Source: Polyangiales bacterium (GTDB lineage: Bacteria > Myxococcota_A > Polyangia > Polyangiales > Ga0077539). From it: 64,000 bases of DNA. The position numbers were made by a program, and so were the translations under genes. How positions within the stretch are numbered: position 1 is the first letter of the stretch; each line of letters starts with the position of its first letter. The notes beneath the pieces are model-generated. The model saw only the letters and a list, made by a program, of their open reading frames with translations. It made no database searches and was not told the DNA's origin. Below are positions 28,671 to 38,110 of this stretch, piece by piece. The stretch spans positions 448,001 through 512,000 of the forward strand of contig JBGARZ010000006.1 of NCBI GenBank assembly GCA_044229975.1, given 5' to 3'.

Positions 28671-29558
28671 TCAGTACCGGAACTCGGTCACGAAGTGCGG
28701 CGACGTCCGGGAGCACGGCTGGTTGCCCGTCGACGACGTGCGAGTGCCGCGAGCGGAGGCGACCTCACCGCCCGGCGTCCGGACGACGGACAGCGTGAAG
28801 TTGGTCGCCGCGGAGACGCTGAAGGGGACGACGCAGACGAGGTACGCGCCCGCGGGCGGCGACGCGGCCCAGAAGACGTTCTCCGGTCCCGTCGCGGTGG
28901 TGTCGTCGCGGTCGAGCTCGCCGCCATCCTGCGTGCGGGCGGCGTAGTAGATCTCGCGGCCGCCGGGCGTCACGATGTGCAGGTCGACGTCGCCGGGGCG
29001 GTCCCAGGTGAGCGTGAAGCGGAGCGCGCCCTGACCGACGCAGATGCCCTGCGCGCAGGCTGATCCGGGCACGCACGGAAACGACGGGTTGCACTGGGCG
29101 CACACGCGGGCACCACCCGCCGCTCCGCTCGGGACGCAGTGCGAACGGTCGGACCCGGTGCACTGCGTGTCGGTGCTGCACGCCGGGCCCATGATGGGCG
29201 GGGCCGTGCTCTCGACGCAGACGCCGCCGCTGCACATGAGCCCCTCCGCGCAGGTGAAGCCCTGCTCTGGCGCGCACTGCACGCAGAAGCCCGCGCGACC
29301 CGGGTCGAGGAGGCAGTGGGTGCGAACCCCGTTGGTGCAGTCGAGATCGCCCCGACACGCCGGACCCGTCGCGGGGCCCGAGTCGACGAAGCCGGTGTCC
29401 ACGGGAGCGGCCACGCCGACGTCGACCGCAGCCTGCGCGTCGACGGGCACCATGGGCGGCGGATCGGAGTCACCGATGAAGCAGGCGAGGGTCGCGAGCG
29501 CCACGAAGGAGCACGCGCTCCCACGGACCACGACGCGAAGGAATCGTCGGTTCGTCAT
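28671..29558 (-). CDS. Cys-rich lipoprotein with C-terminal YfaP/DUF2135-like domain
   Basis: Lipobox TLA-C, two Cys-rich units, LRFTLTW...DVDLHIVTP.G...GGELDRDD...GPENVFW. GAGGA upstream of ATG 29558. Confidence 0.85.
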   Translation of the reverse strand: MTNRRFLRVVVRGSACSFVALATLACFIGDSDPPPMVPVDAQAAVDVGVAAPVDTGFVDSGPATGPACRGDLDCTNGVRTHCLLDPGRAGFCVQCAPEQGFTCAEGLMCSGGVCVESTAPPIMGPACSTDTQCTGSDRSHCVPSGAAGGARVCAQCNPSFPCVPGSACAQGICVGQGALRFTLTWDRPGDVDLHIVTPGGREIYYAARTQDGGELDRDDTTATGPENVFWAASPPAGAYLVCVVPFSVSAATNFTLSVVRTPGGEVASARGTRTSSTGNQPCSRTSPHFVTEFRY

Positions 29559-29687
29559 TGCTTCCTCCTCGCGAGGGATCACGAGCCCTCACCGGATGCC
29601 ACCGCCACGGACGTTAGCCGCAACGTCACGGCCTCCTCAAGTCCGCGTCGCGATCACCGAACGCCCGTCAGTCCGTCGGCGGAGCAC

Positions 29688-30938
29688 CTACTCGTGCCGT
29701 CGGCTGGCGGCGTCGAGCGATGCTTCGTCGAGCGTTCCGTCGGCGGCCTGCTCCAGCGCGATGCGCACCGGCTCGTGGGCCACGGTCTCTGCCACCACGC
29801 GCACCCGGGTGACACCTTCGTGGGGGTCCATCGCGGCGAGGGCGTAGGCCGCCCCGATGCGGCGCTCGGGGCTCGTGTTCGGGTCATCGAGGGCGCCCTG
29901 CACTTCGGCGCGCGTCAGGTCCGTCTGGCGGTATCCGTCACGCGCGTCGGTGAGGTCGACGAGGGCGGCGCGCCACTCCTCGACGGAGCGGCCGTTGCGA
30001 TCGAGCGCGGCGAGCCGGACGGAGAGGTCGAGCGGCGCGCGTGACGCCTCGACGCCGGCCGCGATGCGGGCGGAGAGGGCCTCGCGGCGGGCTGGGGTGG
30101 CGCCGTAGGTGGCGATGCGGCGCGAGCGGCCGTCGCGCAGCAGGAGCGTCACTTCGTTGCGACCGTAGACGACCTGTCGGATCTCATCGAAGGAGACGAA
30201 CCACGAGCTGTACCCACCGCGCACGGAGAGACCATCACGCCCGACGGACACGACGGGCGGCGCGAGCAGGCGCACCGCGGCGGCGAGGCCGACGGTGAAG
30301 AGCGTGAAGATCAGGAAGCCGAGCGCGGCGCTGGGAAGGTGCAGCACGCCGGCGATGGCGACCGCCACGGCGGACGAGGCGCACGCCGCGGGGATGGCTG
30401 TGATGAAGCCGAGGCCGATGCGCGCCGCGGCACCGCCGAGGGGCATGCGCATGGCGCGTCGCGACGGGTCGACACCGGCGGCATCGAGCACGGCCGCGGC
30501 GGCCTCGGGCGTGTCGACGGTGGCGCCGAACACGTCGCCGTTGTCCAACTGGAGCTCGACCCGCGCGCCGTCGGGTTCGCGGAGGGTCCACGCCGACTCG
30601 ACGGATGCCGCGGGGATGAGCCGCGAGGGGGTGCGAACGCCCGACGCGTCGACGGAGAGCGCGGCGTGCGAGCGGGGACCGATCCAGCAGGCGAGCTGCG
30701 CGACGAGCGCGGCCGCGGTCGTAGCCACGGCGGTGAGGCAGGCGACGCCGAGGCCGATGGAGACGACGGGCGGCGTCTGCGAGAGGGCGGGGTAGATCCA
30801 CGACAGGACGATCATCGCGGCGAAGCTGGTCGTGAGCAGCGCGACGGTGGCGCGGGTGAAGCGACGGACCCAGGCGTGGGGGCGGGTTCCGACGCGACGG
30901 GCTTCGACGACGAGCGGTGGGGCGGCGTCTGCGCTCAT
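29688..30938 (-). CDS. Hypothetical membrane protein (two TM hairpins each followed by a PH-like soluble segment)
   Basis: Four hydrophobic helices and GC3-biased codons. Function not recognised. Confidence 0.75.
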   Translation of the reverse strand: MSADAAPPLVVEARRVGTRPHAWVRRFTRATVALLTTSFAAMIVLSWIYPALSQTPPVVSIGLGVACLTAVATTAAALVAQLACWIGPRSHAALSVDASGVRTPSRLIPAASVESAWTLREPDGARVELQLDNGDVFGATVDTPEAAAAVLDAAGVDPSRRAMRMPLGGAAARIGLGFITAIPAACASSAVAVAIAGVLHLPSAALGFLIFTLFTVGLAAAVRLLAPPVVSVGRDGLSVRGGYSSWFVSFDEIRQVVYGRNEVTLLLRDGRSRRIATYGATPARREALSARIAAGVEASRAPLDLSVRLAALDRNGRSVEEWRAALVDLTDARDGYRQTDLTRAEVQGALDDPNTSPERRIGAAYALAAMDPHEGVTRVRVVAETVAHEPVRIALEQAADGTLDEASLDAASRRHE

Positions 30939-31071
30939 GGCGACCGCGATGATTCGCGCAGGTAGTAGATCAAGTCGAGCGGCGGCGGCGCGGCGCCCGC
31001 CACGTTCGCGGTCACCGGGGCCCACGCCGCAGCGTCAGCGCGGCGCGCTGTGGTCAGGGCGCAAGGAGCAG

Positions 31072-33417
31072 TCACCGCCGCAACACCGTCGCCCCGCGCG
31101 GCCCCTCGACCACGATGCCCAGCCCCGCGAAGCGCGGCAGGTACTGCAACGGCGGCGGCTCCTTCCGCTGACCGCGCACCAGCCGCAGCGTGACCCTCCC
31201 GGCCGCCAGATCGTAGTCCGCCTCGTAGGTCGCGTCGCCCACGCTCACCGTGCGCGGGTGGTCCCGCTCCACCTCGTCGCGCACCCACGCCGGAACATCC
31301 GGCGCCACCAGATCGCCCGCCGACAGCAGCGCCAGGTCGTCGCCGCTCTCCACGCCCAGCGCCGCCAATCGCGCCGCGACCCACGGCTCGATCGTCGGGT
31401 TCGCCCGCACCGACGCGTCGAGCTCCGCTCCGTGTCCGAGCCGCGCTGCGAGCTCGGCCAGCGCCAGCCGATCGCGCGTCACCGGCAGCGACCCCTTGAA
31501 CAAGCTCCCGCGCAGAAACAGCGTCGCGATGGCCTCGCGCGCCATCTCCCCGATGGGCGTCTCCTCCCGCGTCGCGACCACCTTGCGGGCGTACACCCGC
31601 TCGACGTGCGCGACCACGCGCCCGTGCTCCAACGCCACGCGCTCCAGCCGATCTCGACCGAGACCCGCGCGCGCGATGACGTCCACCGACACCGGGCTCG
31701 CACACGTGACCAGCACACGCGCGTCCTGCCCCACGCCCAGCGCGCGCGACTCGAACACCACGATGGCGTCGAGGTCCTTCGCGCGCTGCACCACGCTCTC
31801 GCGGGCAAGCTCGATCTCCGTCCCGCCATTGCTGAAGGCCACGCTGCGCCCTCGCACCCGCGCGACGTGCACCGACCGCGGGTCCGCCGCGATGGCCGTC
31901 CTCACCACGGCGTCGCGGTCGATGGGCGCTGTCGTCATCGCACCACCGAGCCCGTGCGCGCGACGCAGCCTCGACCGGATGCGCCGTGCCTCGCCCAGCG
32001 CTACACCCGACACGCCGCCCTCCCACTCGCGCGCCTCGCGCACCGTGCGAATCAGCGCCGTCGCGTCGCAGTCCCCGCGCCGCAGGTCGTTGTCATCGGC
32101 GTCGCCCGCGAGGAAGAGCGGTCGCCCCACCGCGAGCGCCGACACCAGGTCGATGACGTCGTCGAGGCACGCTCCACCGCGCGCTTCGATCAACAACCGC
32201 GCGAGCGGTGCGTCGAGTGGGAGCCCATAGAGCTCGCTGCCTCGCGGGGTGAGCGTGCCCGCCGCGTCGATGGCGCCGAGCAGCGTGAGCTCGTCGTGGG
32301 CCGCCGCGAGCGCCGCTGGTTTCGGCGGATCGAAGAGTGGCAGCTCGTCGACCCGTCGCCCCCACGCCGCCGCGCCCATCACCAGCGGAACCAGCGACTC
32401 CCGATGGATCTCCGGCGGCGTCACCCGCTCCAGCACTGCCCCTTTTCCCCAGAGCCGATAACAGACACCCGGCCCTGTTCGGCCCGCGCGCCCGGTGCGC
32501 TGCGCCGCGCTGTCCTGCGCGATGGACGCCAGCGCGAGAAAGCCTCTCCCCGCGTGGTAGCGCGTGCGCCGCACGAGCCCGGTGTCGATCACCACCCCGA
32601 CGCCCGGCAGCGTGATGGACGTCTCCGCCACGTTGGTCGCCAGGATCACCTTGCGTCGCGCGCTTCGCTCGAACCCGCGCCGCTGCTCGTCGAGCGACAA
32701 CCCACCATGCAGCGGAACCACCTCCCATGACGACCCCCGCAGCGCCCTCGCGCACGCGTCGATCTCCCCCTTGCCCGGTAGAAACACCAGCACGTCGCCC
32801 GCATCGCTCGCCGCTGCGTCGACGGCGCGCATCACCCGCGCAGCGAGGTCGTCGCCGTGGGGCGATGCGGTGCCCGCTTCGAGGTAGCGCACATCGACGG
32901 GGAAGGCGCTGCCGCCCGCGCTCACATGGACGGCACCGAGGTGGCTCGCGACGCGGTCGCCATCGAGCGTGGCGGACATCACCACGAGCCGCGGTGACGA
33001 GCGCCCGGCGAAGAGCGCGAGCAGCAGGTCGACGTCGAGGCCGCGCTCGTGAAACTCGTCGAGCACCAGCACGGCGTAGCGGTCGACGAGCTCGCGCGCA
33101 TGGAGCACCACGCCCGGCGTGGCGAAGAGGATGCGCGTCGCTTCACTCGCGACGGACTCGTCGCGGACGGCGTAGCCGACGGTGGTTCCGAGAGGGGTGG
33201 CTTCGAGGTCGGCGACGCGGGCGGCGAGGCTGCGACAGGCGACGCGGCGCGGCTCGACGACGAGCACCCGACCGAGCGCGGTGGCCCAGCGCGGGACCTC
33301 GGTGGACTTGCCCGACCCGGTGGGCGACGACACCACCACGGGGCCCGCGGCGAGGGCCGCGTCGAAGGCACTTCGCACGGCGTGGATGGGCAGCTCGTCG
33401 GGCTTCACGACGGCCAT
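31072..33417 (-). CDS. hrpB: HrpB-like DEAH-box RNA helicase
   Basis: PTGSGKST, EPRRVA, DEFHER, MSATL, LVFLPG, PLHG, ATNVAETSIT and QRTGRAGR motifs. The C-terminus lacks the usual HrpB RYPKH tail, so the symbol is approximate. Confidence 0.85.
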   Translation of the reverse strand: MAVVKPDELPIHAVRSAFDAALAAGPVVVSSPTGSGKSTEVPRWATALGRVLVVEPRRVACRSLAARVADLEATPLGTTVGYAVRDESVASEATRILFATPGVVLHARELVDRYAVLVLDEFHERGLDVDLLLALFAGRSSPRLVVMSATLDGDRVASHLGAVHVSAGGSAFPVDVRYLEAGTASPHGDDLAARVMRAVDAAASDAGDVLVFLPGKGEIDACARALRGSSWEVVPLHGGLSLDEQRRGFERSARRKVILATNVAETSITLPGVGVVIDTGLVRRTRYHAGRGFLALASIAQDSAAQRTGRAGRTGPGVCYRLWGKGAVLERVTPPEIHRESLVPLVMGAAAWGRRVDELPLFDPPKPAALAAAHDELTLLGAIDAAGTLTPRGSELYGLPLDAPLARLLIEARGGACLDDVIDLVSALAVGRPLFLAGDADDNDLRRGDCDATALIRTVREAREWEGGVSGVALGEARRIRSRLRRAHGLGGAMTTAPIDRDAVVRTAIAADPRSVHVARVRGRSVAFSNGGTEIELARESVVQRAKDLDAIVVFESRALGVGQDARVLVTCASPVSVDVIARAGLGRDRLERVALEHGRVVAHVERVYARKVVATREETPIGEMAREAIATLFLRGSLFKGSLPVTRDRLALAELAARLGHGAELDASVRANPTIEPWVAARLAALGVESGDDLALLSAGDLVAPDVPAWVRDEVERDHPRTVSVGDATYEADYDLAAGRVTLRLVRGQRKEPPPLQYLPRFAGLGIVVEGPRGATVLRR

Positions 33418-33466
33418 GATGGACCATCCCGCGGCCGCGACGGATGACGTAGAGTCCGCGGCTGCC

Positions 33467-33787
33467 ATGAAGGACATCCTCGTCGTCGCCATCGTGTTCG
33501 CGGTCCCGATCTCGGCGATCATCTCGTGGGCGAAGATCAAGCTCCGGCGCATCGAGCTGGAGGCCGGCGCCGTGGGCAACCGCCAGCTCGAAGACCGGCT
33601 GCAGCGCCTGGAGCGCGAGCGCGCCGACCTGGAGGAGCGCATCGGCGCGCTGGAGTCGATCGTGACCCTGGACGCCCCGGTGCAGGCGCGCACCCGCGTT
33701 CGCGTGGAGGCCGCGGCGGCGGCGAGCGCGGAGGACGACGAGGCGGCCCTCGCGCAGGTCGCCGCCCGGCGCGGTCAGCGCACGTAG
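33467..33787 (+). CDS. Small single-TM coiled-coil protein (PspB-like architecture)
   Basis: N-terminal TM helix MKDILVVAIVFAVPISAIISW, then the coiled coil LEERIGALESIVT. Confidence 0.7.
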   Translation: MKDILVVAIVFAVPISAIISWAKIKLRRIELEAGAVGNRQLEDRLQRLERERADLEERIGALESIVTLDAPVQARTRVRVEAAAAASAEDDEAALAQVAARRGQRT

Positions 33788-35154
33788 ATCGTAAACCGCC
33801 GCACCGACGAGCAGGCGTTGGTGGAGATGTTGCCGTTCCAGGAGAGGTCGCTGGTGGGGCAGGTGTCGAAGCCGCCGTTGCCGAAGCGCGCGAAGAACGG
33901 CGCCGTCGTGTCCTGGATGCAGACGCGGCCGAAGTTGGAGCCGTCGTCCCAGGCGCCGCCGCAGTTGTCGGCGAAGCTGCGGTAGCCGTAGCGGAGCGAG
34001 CGCGAGACGGCCGCGGCGTTGTTGAGCGACACCATCACCGTGTCGTCGCGCCGGTCGATCGCGAGCGGCGAGGACGTGCGCCACGCCGTCGGGATGTTGA
34101 AGCGCGCCGTGGTCACGCCCGCGAGGGGCGCGAAGGACGCGTCACGGTGGACGAGCAGCGCCTCGGTCGCGGTGTTGGAGTTGACGAGCGCGAGCGCCAC
34201 GTCGGTGCGCGTCCAGTTCGCGTCGGTCTGGTTGATGTTGGTGTTGGCGGAGTCGAAGACGAGCGTCCAGCCGCCGCCGTCAGTCGCCATGTCGCAGTTG
34301 GCGAACACCGGAACGTTCGGCCCGTAGTGGTCGAGGTCGACGACGTAGGGACCGCTGGGGAGCGTGGGGCGGCGCGTGTGCAGCTCGGCGCACGAGCGTC
34401 CGGCGAGGCAGTTGCCGTCGTTGCACATCTGGTCCATCGGGCAGACCCGTCCGCAGCGGTTGCAGTTGTCGTTGTCGGTGTTGGTGTTGGTCTCGCACCC
34501 GTTGGCGACGTTGCCGTCGCAGTCGGCGGTGGTGCCGAGGCACGACGCCACCGCGCAGGCGCCCGACACGCAGGCCGCGGTGCCCGACGGGACGGAGCAC
34601 ACCACGCCGCAGCCGCCGCAGTGATTGACGTCCGTGATGGTGTTGACGCAGGTGGTGCCGCACAGGGTCTGCCCCGCCGGGCAGATGGGCGGCATGTCGA
34701 CAGGCACATCGGGGACGTCGACGCCCACATCAACAGGCACATCGGGGACGTCGACGCCCACGTCGACGGGCACATCGGGGACGTCGAAGCCCACATCGAC
34801 GGGCACATCGGGGACATCGAAACCCACGTCGCCGGGGACATCGGGGACGTCGAAGCCCACGTCGCCGGGGACATCGGGCACGTCGAAGCCCGCGTCGGGA
34901 ACATCCACCGAGACAACATCGGGCACATCGACGGACACATCGACGGGCACATCGACGGGCACATCGACGGCGGCGTCGGTCGGAACATCGACCGCCACGT
35001 CGCGGCCGGTGTCGGTGGAGCCGTCGCTCGGGTTGTTGACCCCGGTGTCAGAAGGGAAGACGAGCGAAGGGTTGCCGAGCGAGCACCCTGCAACCAGCGC
35101 GAGCAACGGCACGCCACACCAGAACGCCCGACGCACGCTTCGACCTTCCCTCAT
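33775..35154 (-). CDS. Lipoprotein with DVP tandem repeats, Cys-rich units and fibrinogen-like C-terminal domain
   Basis: Lipobox VAG-C, 11-aa DVPDVP(G/V)DVG(F/V) repeats, NHCGGCG and DCDGNVANGCE units, RSCAEL...SG.Y...CDMATDGGGWTLV. Start is 35154 or GTG 35136. Confidence 0.88.
   Translation of the reverse strand: MREGRSVRRAFWCGVPLLALVAGCSLGNPSLVFPSDTGVNNPSDGSTDTGRDVAVDVPTDAAVDVPVDVPVDVSVDVPDVVSVDVPDAGFDVPDVPGDVGFDVPDVPGDVGFDVPDVPVDVGFDVPDVPVDVGVDVPDVPVDVGVDVPDVPVDMPPICPAGQTLCGTTCVNTITDVNHCGGCGVVCSVPSGTAACVSGACAVASCLGTTADCDGNVANGCETNTNTDNDNCNRCGRVCPMDQMCNDGNCLAGRSCAELHTRRPTLPSGPYVVDLDHYGPNVPVFANCDMATDGGGWTLVFDSANTNINQTDANWTRTDVALALVNSNTATEALLVHRDASFAPLAGVTTARFNIPTAWRTSSPLAIDRRDDTVMVSLNNAAAVSRSLRYGYRSFADNCGGAWDDGSNFGRVCIQDTTAPFFARFGNGGFDTCPTSDLSWNGNISTNACSSVRRFTIYVR
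34694..34900. repeat. 33-bp coding tandem repeat (about 5-6 imperfect copies)
   Basis: Recurring ACATCGGGGACGTCGA(A/C)GCCCAC units encoding DVPDVPxDVGx. Boundaries approximate. Confidence 0.75.
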
Positions 35155-35275
35155 GATCCGGCCACCGTAGGGAACCTTCCCACCGATGGCAACGGCCAAT
35201 CTCCCGCAGGGATGCGGCAAGCACCCCCCGAAGGCCGATCGGGTGACGCCAGGGACATCGGCTATGTTCGCGCGC

Positions 35276-37774
35276 ATGCGCTTCAAGCACCTGGGTTCCG
35301 TCGCGCTCCTCCTCGGGTGCGCCCCGGTCGCCGTCCCTGGTCCCGTGGGCCCCGATGGGGGCGCGGTCGACGTCACGACCGTCATCGACTCGGGCGCCAC
35401 AGACGACGTCACGACCACCATCGACTCGGGCCCCCCGGACACCGTCACGACCGTCGACGTTCCCGCCGCGACGGACCTCTCGACGACCGATGCGCCCGCG
35501 ACGGATGTGCCTCTCGCGGTCGATGTACCGGCCGCCGTCGATGCGCCCGCGGACGTTCCCGCCACGCCGTGTACGTCGTCGCGCATGTGCCCGGGTCAGG
35601 TCTGCGACGTCGTCGCCGGGCGCTGCGTCGACTGCCTCAGCACGGTCGACTGCACGGGGACGGACGTCTGCCGCGGCAACCGGTGTGTCCCGCCGCCGCG
35701 CGCGTGCCGATCGTCCCGCGAGTGCTCCGACCTCGACCAGGTCTGCCACCCCACGCGCAACGTCTGCGTCCAGTGCGCCGGGGACAACGACTGCCCCGGC
35801 GGTTTCTGCGCGCCCGACGACGCGTGCCAGCCGCGGGTGTGTACGCCCGACGAGCGCACCTGCGTCGACGCTGCGCGGGTGAGGGCCTGCGACGCGCGCG
35901 GATCGGCCGTCACCGAGACGGCGTGCGCGACGACCGAGACGTGCAGCGGCGGCCGGTGCCTCCCGCGGGTGTGTACGCCCGGCGCGGCGGACTGCGCCTC
36001 CGATGGCATGCGCCGCACCTGCAACGCCGACGGCCTCGCCTACACCACGGCGACGTGTCCCGGCGCGCAGGTGTGCGTCGGCGGCGCGTGCCAGGAGGGC
36101 TGCGCGGGCGGCCTCCTGCGCTGCGGAGCGACCTGCGTCGACCCGCGCGGCGACGCGGCGAACTGCGGCGGTTGTGGCGTGCGCTGCGGGTCCGGCGAGG
36201 TGTGCGCCGCGGGGCGGGAGGGCTGCATGGCGGCGTGCGTTCCGGCGACGACCACGACCGCGATCACGGGGACGACGCTGAGCGCGCGGCTGCCCGCGGG
36301 TCTCGCCGCACGAGCGACGGACACTTCGGGAACGGGCCGCGGCGTCGCGGGCGAGGACGCCACGACGGGGGTTGCGTGGCTCATCGGGCGCACCGGGCCG
36401 GTGACGAGCGCCGACCTCGCGGAGGCGGTGATTCGCATCGAGGGCCCCATCACGCAGCTCAGCACGGCGCGCTCCCTGCTGGCGGGGGAGCGCGTTCGGC
36501 TCGCCGATGGGGAGGAGGCCATGCACGAGCGCATCGTGACGACGTGCACCTCCGCGACGGCGCTGCGCGACCGCATCGCGACGTCCCTCGCGCTGCCCGC
36601 GCCGGGCGGCTCGGCGGTGGGCGCCGGGTCGGAGTGCGTGGTGGAGTTCGCCGTCACGCGCCGGGCGAGCGGCGAGGTCCTCGTCGCCCTCGCGGTCGCC
36701 CAGCGAACCGACTGGAACACCTCCGAAGCCACGGCGCGGCGCCTGCGCGACCTGACGGTGTTCGGTCTCCCACAGTCGACGGCGATGCCCGCGGCGGTGT
36801 GCGCGACGCTGCGCGCCGAAGCGACGGCTCCGGTCGACATCGTGTGGTTTCAGGACACGTCGGCCTCGCTCGCGACCTACCAGACGCGCGTGGCACGGGC
36901 GGCGCCGGCCTTCATCGACGGCCTGACCAGTGCGGGTGTCTTCGCCCGCGTGGCGGTGATGCAGGCGAGCTACGTCGCGCACAACCTCGACGCGCCGGGT
37001 CTCAGCTGGGTAGGCGCCTCGGTGACCAACGCGGCCTACTACCTCTGCGACCGGCTGACGGCGTCGGGCCAGGCGACCTGCCCGCTGATGACCGCGGGCT
37101 TCACGGACATCGCCAGCCCGTACCCCAACAGCGGCGCCGGGGTGACGACCAACGAGGAGCCCATCGCGGCGTCCATCGTCGACTTCACCACGCTCATCAA
37201 CCGCGCGACCGCGGGCGAGACCAACGTCGATCGCCGGGTGCGCGCGGGCGCCCGCCGCGTGGCCATCGGGCTCACCGACGAGCCCGGCTCCAACGACTAC
37301 ACGCGCTACTTCCAGTCGGGCGCGGCGCCCGATACGGGCTCCGCCTGGGGCAACCCCTGGAGCGCCGCGACGCTCGCCAACATCGCCGCGTGGTTTGCGC
37401 GCAACAACGTGCTGCCGTTCGGGTTGTACCCGCACACCACCACGCGCTGCGGCGCCAGCGTCGTCGACCTCCCGCGCTGCACCGCGAGCGCGGCCGGCGG
37501 CGCCTACGCCGACCTCGTCACCACGACCGACGCCGACATCGAGGCCGCCATGGCCGCCTTCGCCGCGACCATCGCCGCCGACGTCGCCACGCTGCGCCTC
37601 ACCTCCGTCCCCGTGGGCGGGCTCGCGCGCGTGACGCTGCGCGGGGTCGTGGTGCCCCGCTCGCGCGTCGACGGCTACGACATCGACCCGGCGCGCCGCG
37701 CGCTGGTGTTTCGTGGACCGACGTACCGCCCCGCCGCGGGCGACGCGGTGACCGTCACGTACCCCGCCTGGTGA
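35276..37774 (+). CDS. Cys-rich lipoprotein with C-terminal vWA domain
   Basis: MRFKHLGSVALLLG-C, DVP linker, VCTP Cys repeats, VDIVWFQDTSAS (DxSxS MIDAS) and IGLTDE. Confidence 0.88.
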   Translation: MRFKHLGSVALLLGCAPVAVPGPVGPDGGAVDVTTVIDSGATDDVTTTIDSGPPDTVTTVDVPAATDLSTTDAPATDVPLAVDVPAAVDAPADVPATPCTSSRMCPGQVCDVVAGRCVDCLSTVDCTGTDVCRGNRCVPPPRACRSSRECSDLDQVCHPTRNVCVQCAGDNDCPGGFCAPDDACQPRVCTPDERTCVDAARVRACDARGSAVTETACATTETCSGGRCLPRVCTPGAADCASDGMRRTCNADGLAYTTATCPGAQVCVGGACQEGCAGGLLRCGATCVDPRGDAANCGGCGVRCGSGEVCAAGREGCMAACVPATTTTAITGTTLSARLPAGLAARATDTSGTGRGVAGEDATTGVAWLIGRTGPVTSADLAEAVIRIEGPITQLSTARSLLAGERVRLADGEEAMHERIVTTCTSATALRDRIATSLALPAPGGSAVGAGSECVVEFAVTRRASGEVLVALAVAQRTDWNTSEATARRLRDLTVFGLPQSTAMPAAVCATLRAEATAPVDIVWFQDTSASLATYQTRVARAAPAFIDGLTSAGVFARVAVMQASYVAHNLDAPGLSWVGASVTNAAYYLCDRLTASGQATCPLMTAGFTDIASPYPNSGAGVTTNEEPIAASIVDFTTLINRATAGETNVDRRVRAGARRVAIGLTDEPGSNDYTRYFQSGAAPDTGSAWGNPWSAATLANIAAWFARNNVLPFGLYPHTTTRCGASVVDLPRCTASAAGGAYADLVTTTDADIEAAMAAFAATIAADVATLRLTSVPVGGLARVTLRGVVVPRSRVDGYDIDPARRALVFRGPTYRPAAGDAVTVTYPAW

Positions 37775-38045
37775 CCCGCTCGACCTCCGCGCGACACCCA
37801 TCGAGCACCACGCCCAGCACCGCCGCCGCCATCCCCTCGGGCACGCCCGCCGTCGCCGCGCGCTCGGCCCAGCGCGCCCGCAGCGCATCTTCTCGCGTGC
37901 GATCCACGGCGCCCACGCCGTGCTGTCGCTTCCACTCGCCGATCGCCCGCACCGCCGCCAGCCGCCGCGCCATCGCGTCCATCAGCGCCGCGTCCGCTGC
38001 GTCGACCGCCGCGCGCAACCCGTCGAGCTCATCGTTCGTCGCCAT
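37755..38045 (-). CDS. Monofunctional AroQ-class (type II) chorismate mutase
   Basis: LDGLRAAVDAAD...ARR...IGEWK...VDRTRE matches the CM_2 pattern L..LR..ID..D...R...IG..K...D..RE. 96 aa. Confidence 0.85.
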   Translation of the reverse strand: MATNDELDGLRAAVDAADAALMDAMARRLAAVRAIGEWKRQHGVGAVDRTREDALRARWAERAATAGVPEGMAAAVLGVVLDGCRAEVERVTRRGT

Positions 38046-38110
38046 GACCCCTACGCTACCGCTGCGAGCACCGGTGGCCACGCGCGTCCGCCCGGTGTAG
38101 TGGTCGGCCC

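Noticed and set aside
34694..34990. Regularly spaced repeats (also near 1900-1975, 8635-8730, 19960-20070 and 60045-60100) as possible CRISPR arrays
   Set aside because: Unit lengths are multiples of three, there are no unique spacers, they lie in frame inside lipoprotein linkers, and no cas genes are present.
33526..38100. 1524-aa ORF on the plus strand
   Set aside because: Arg/Gly/Ala-rich shadow frame overlapping several well-supported genes. Stop-poor frames are expected at this GC content.
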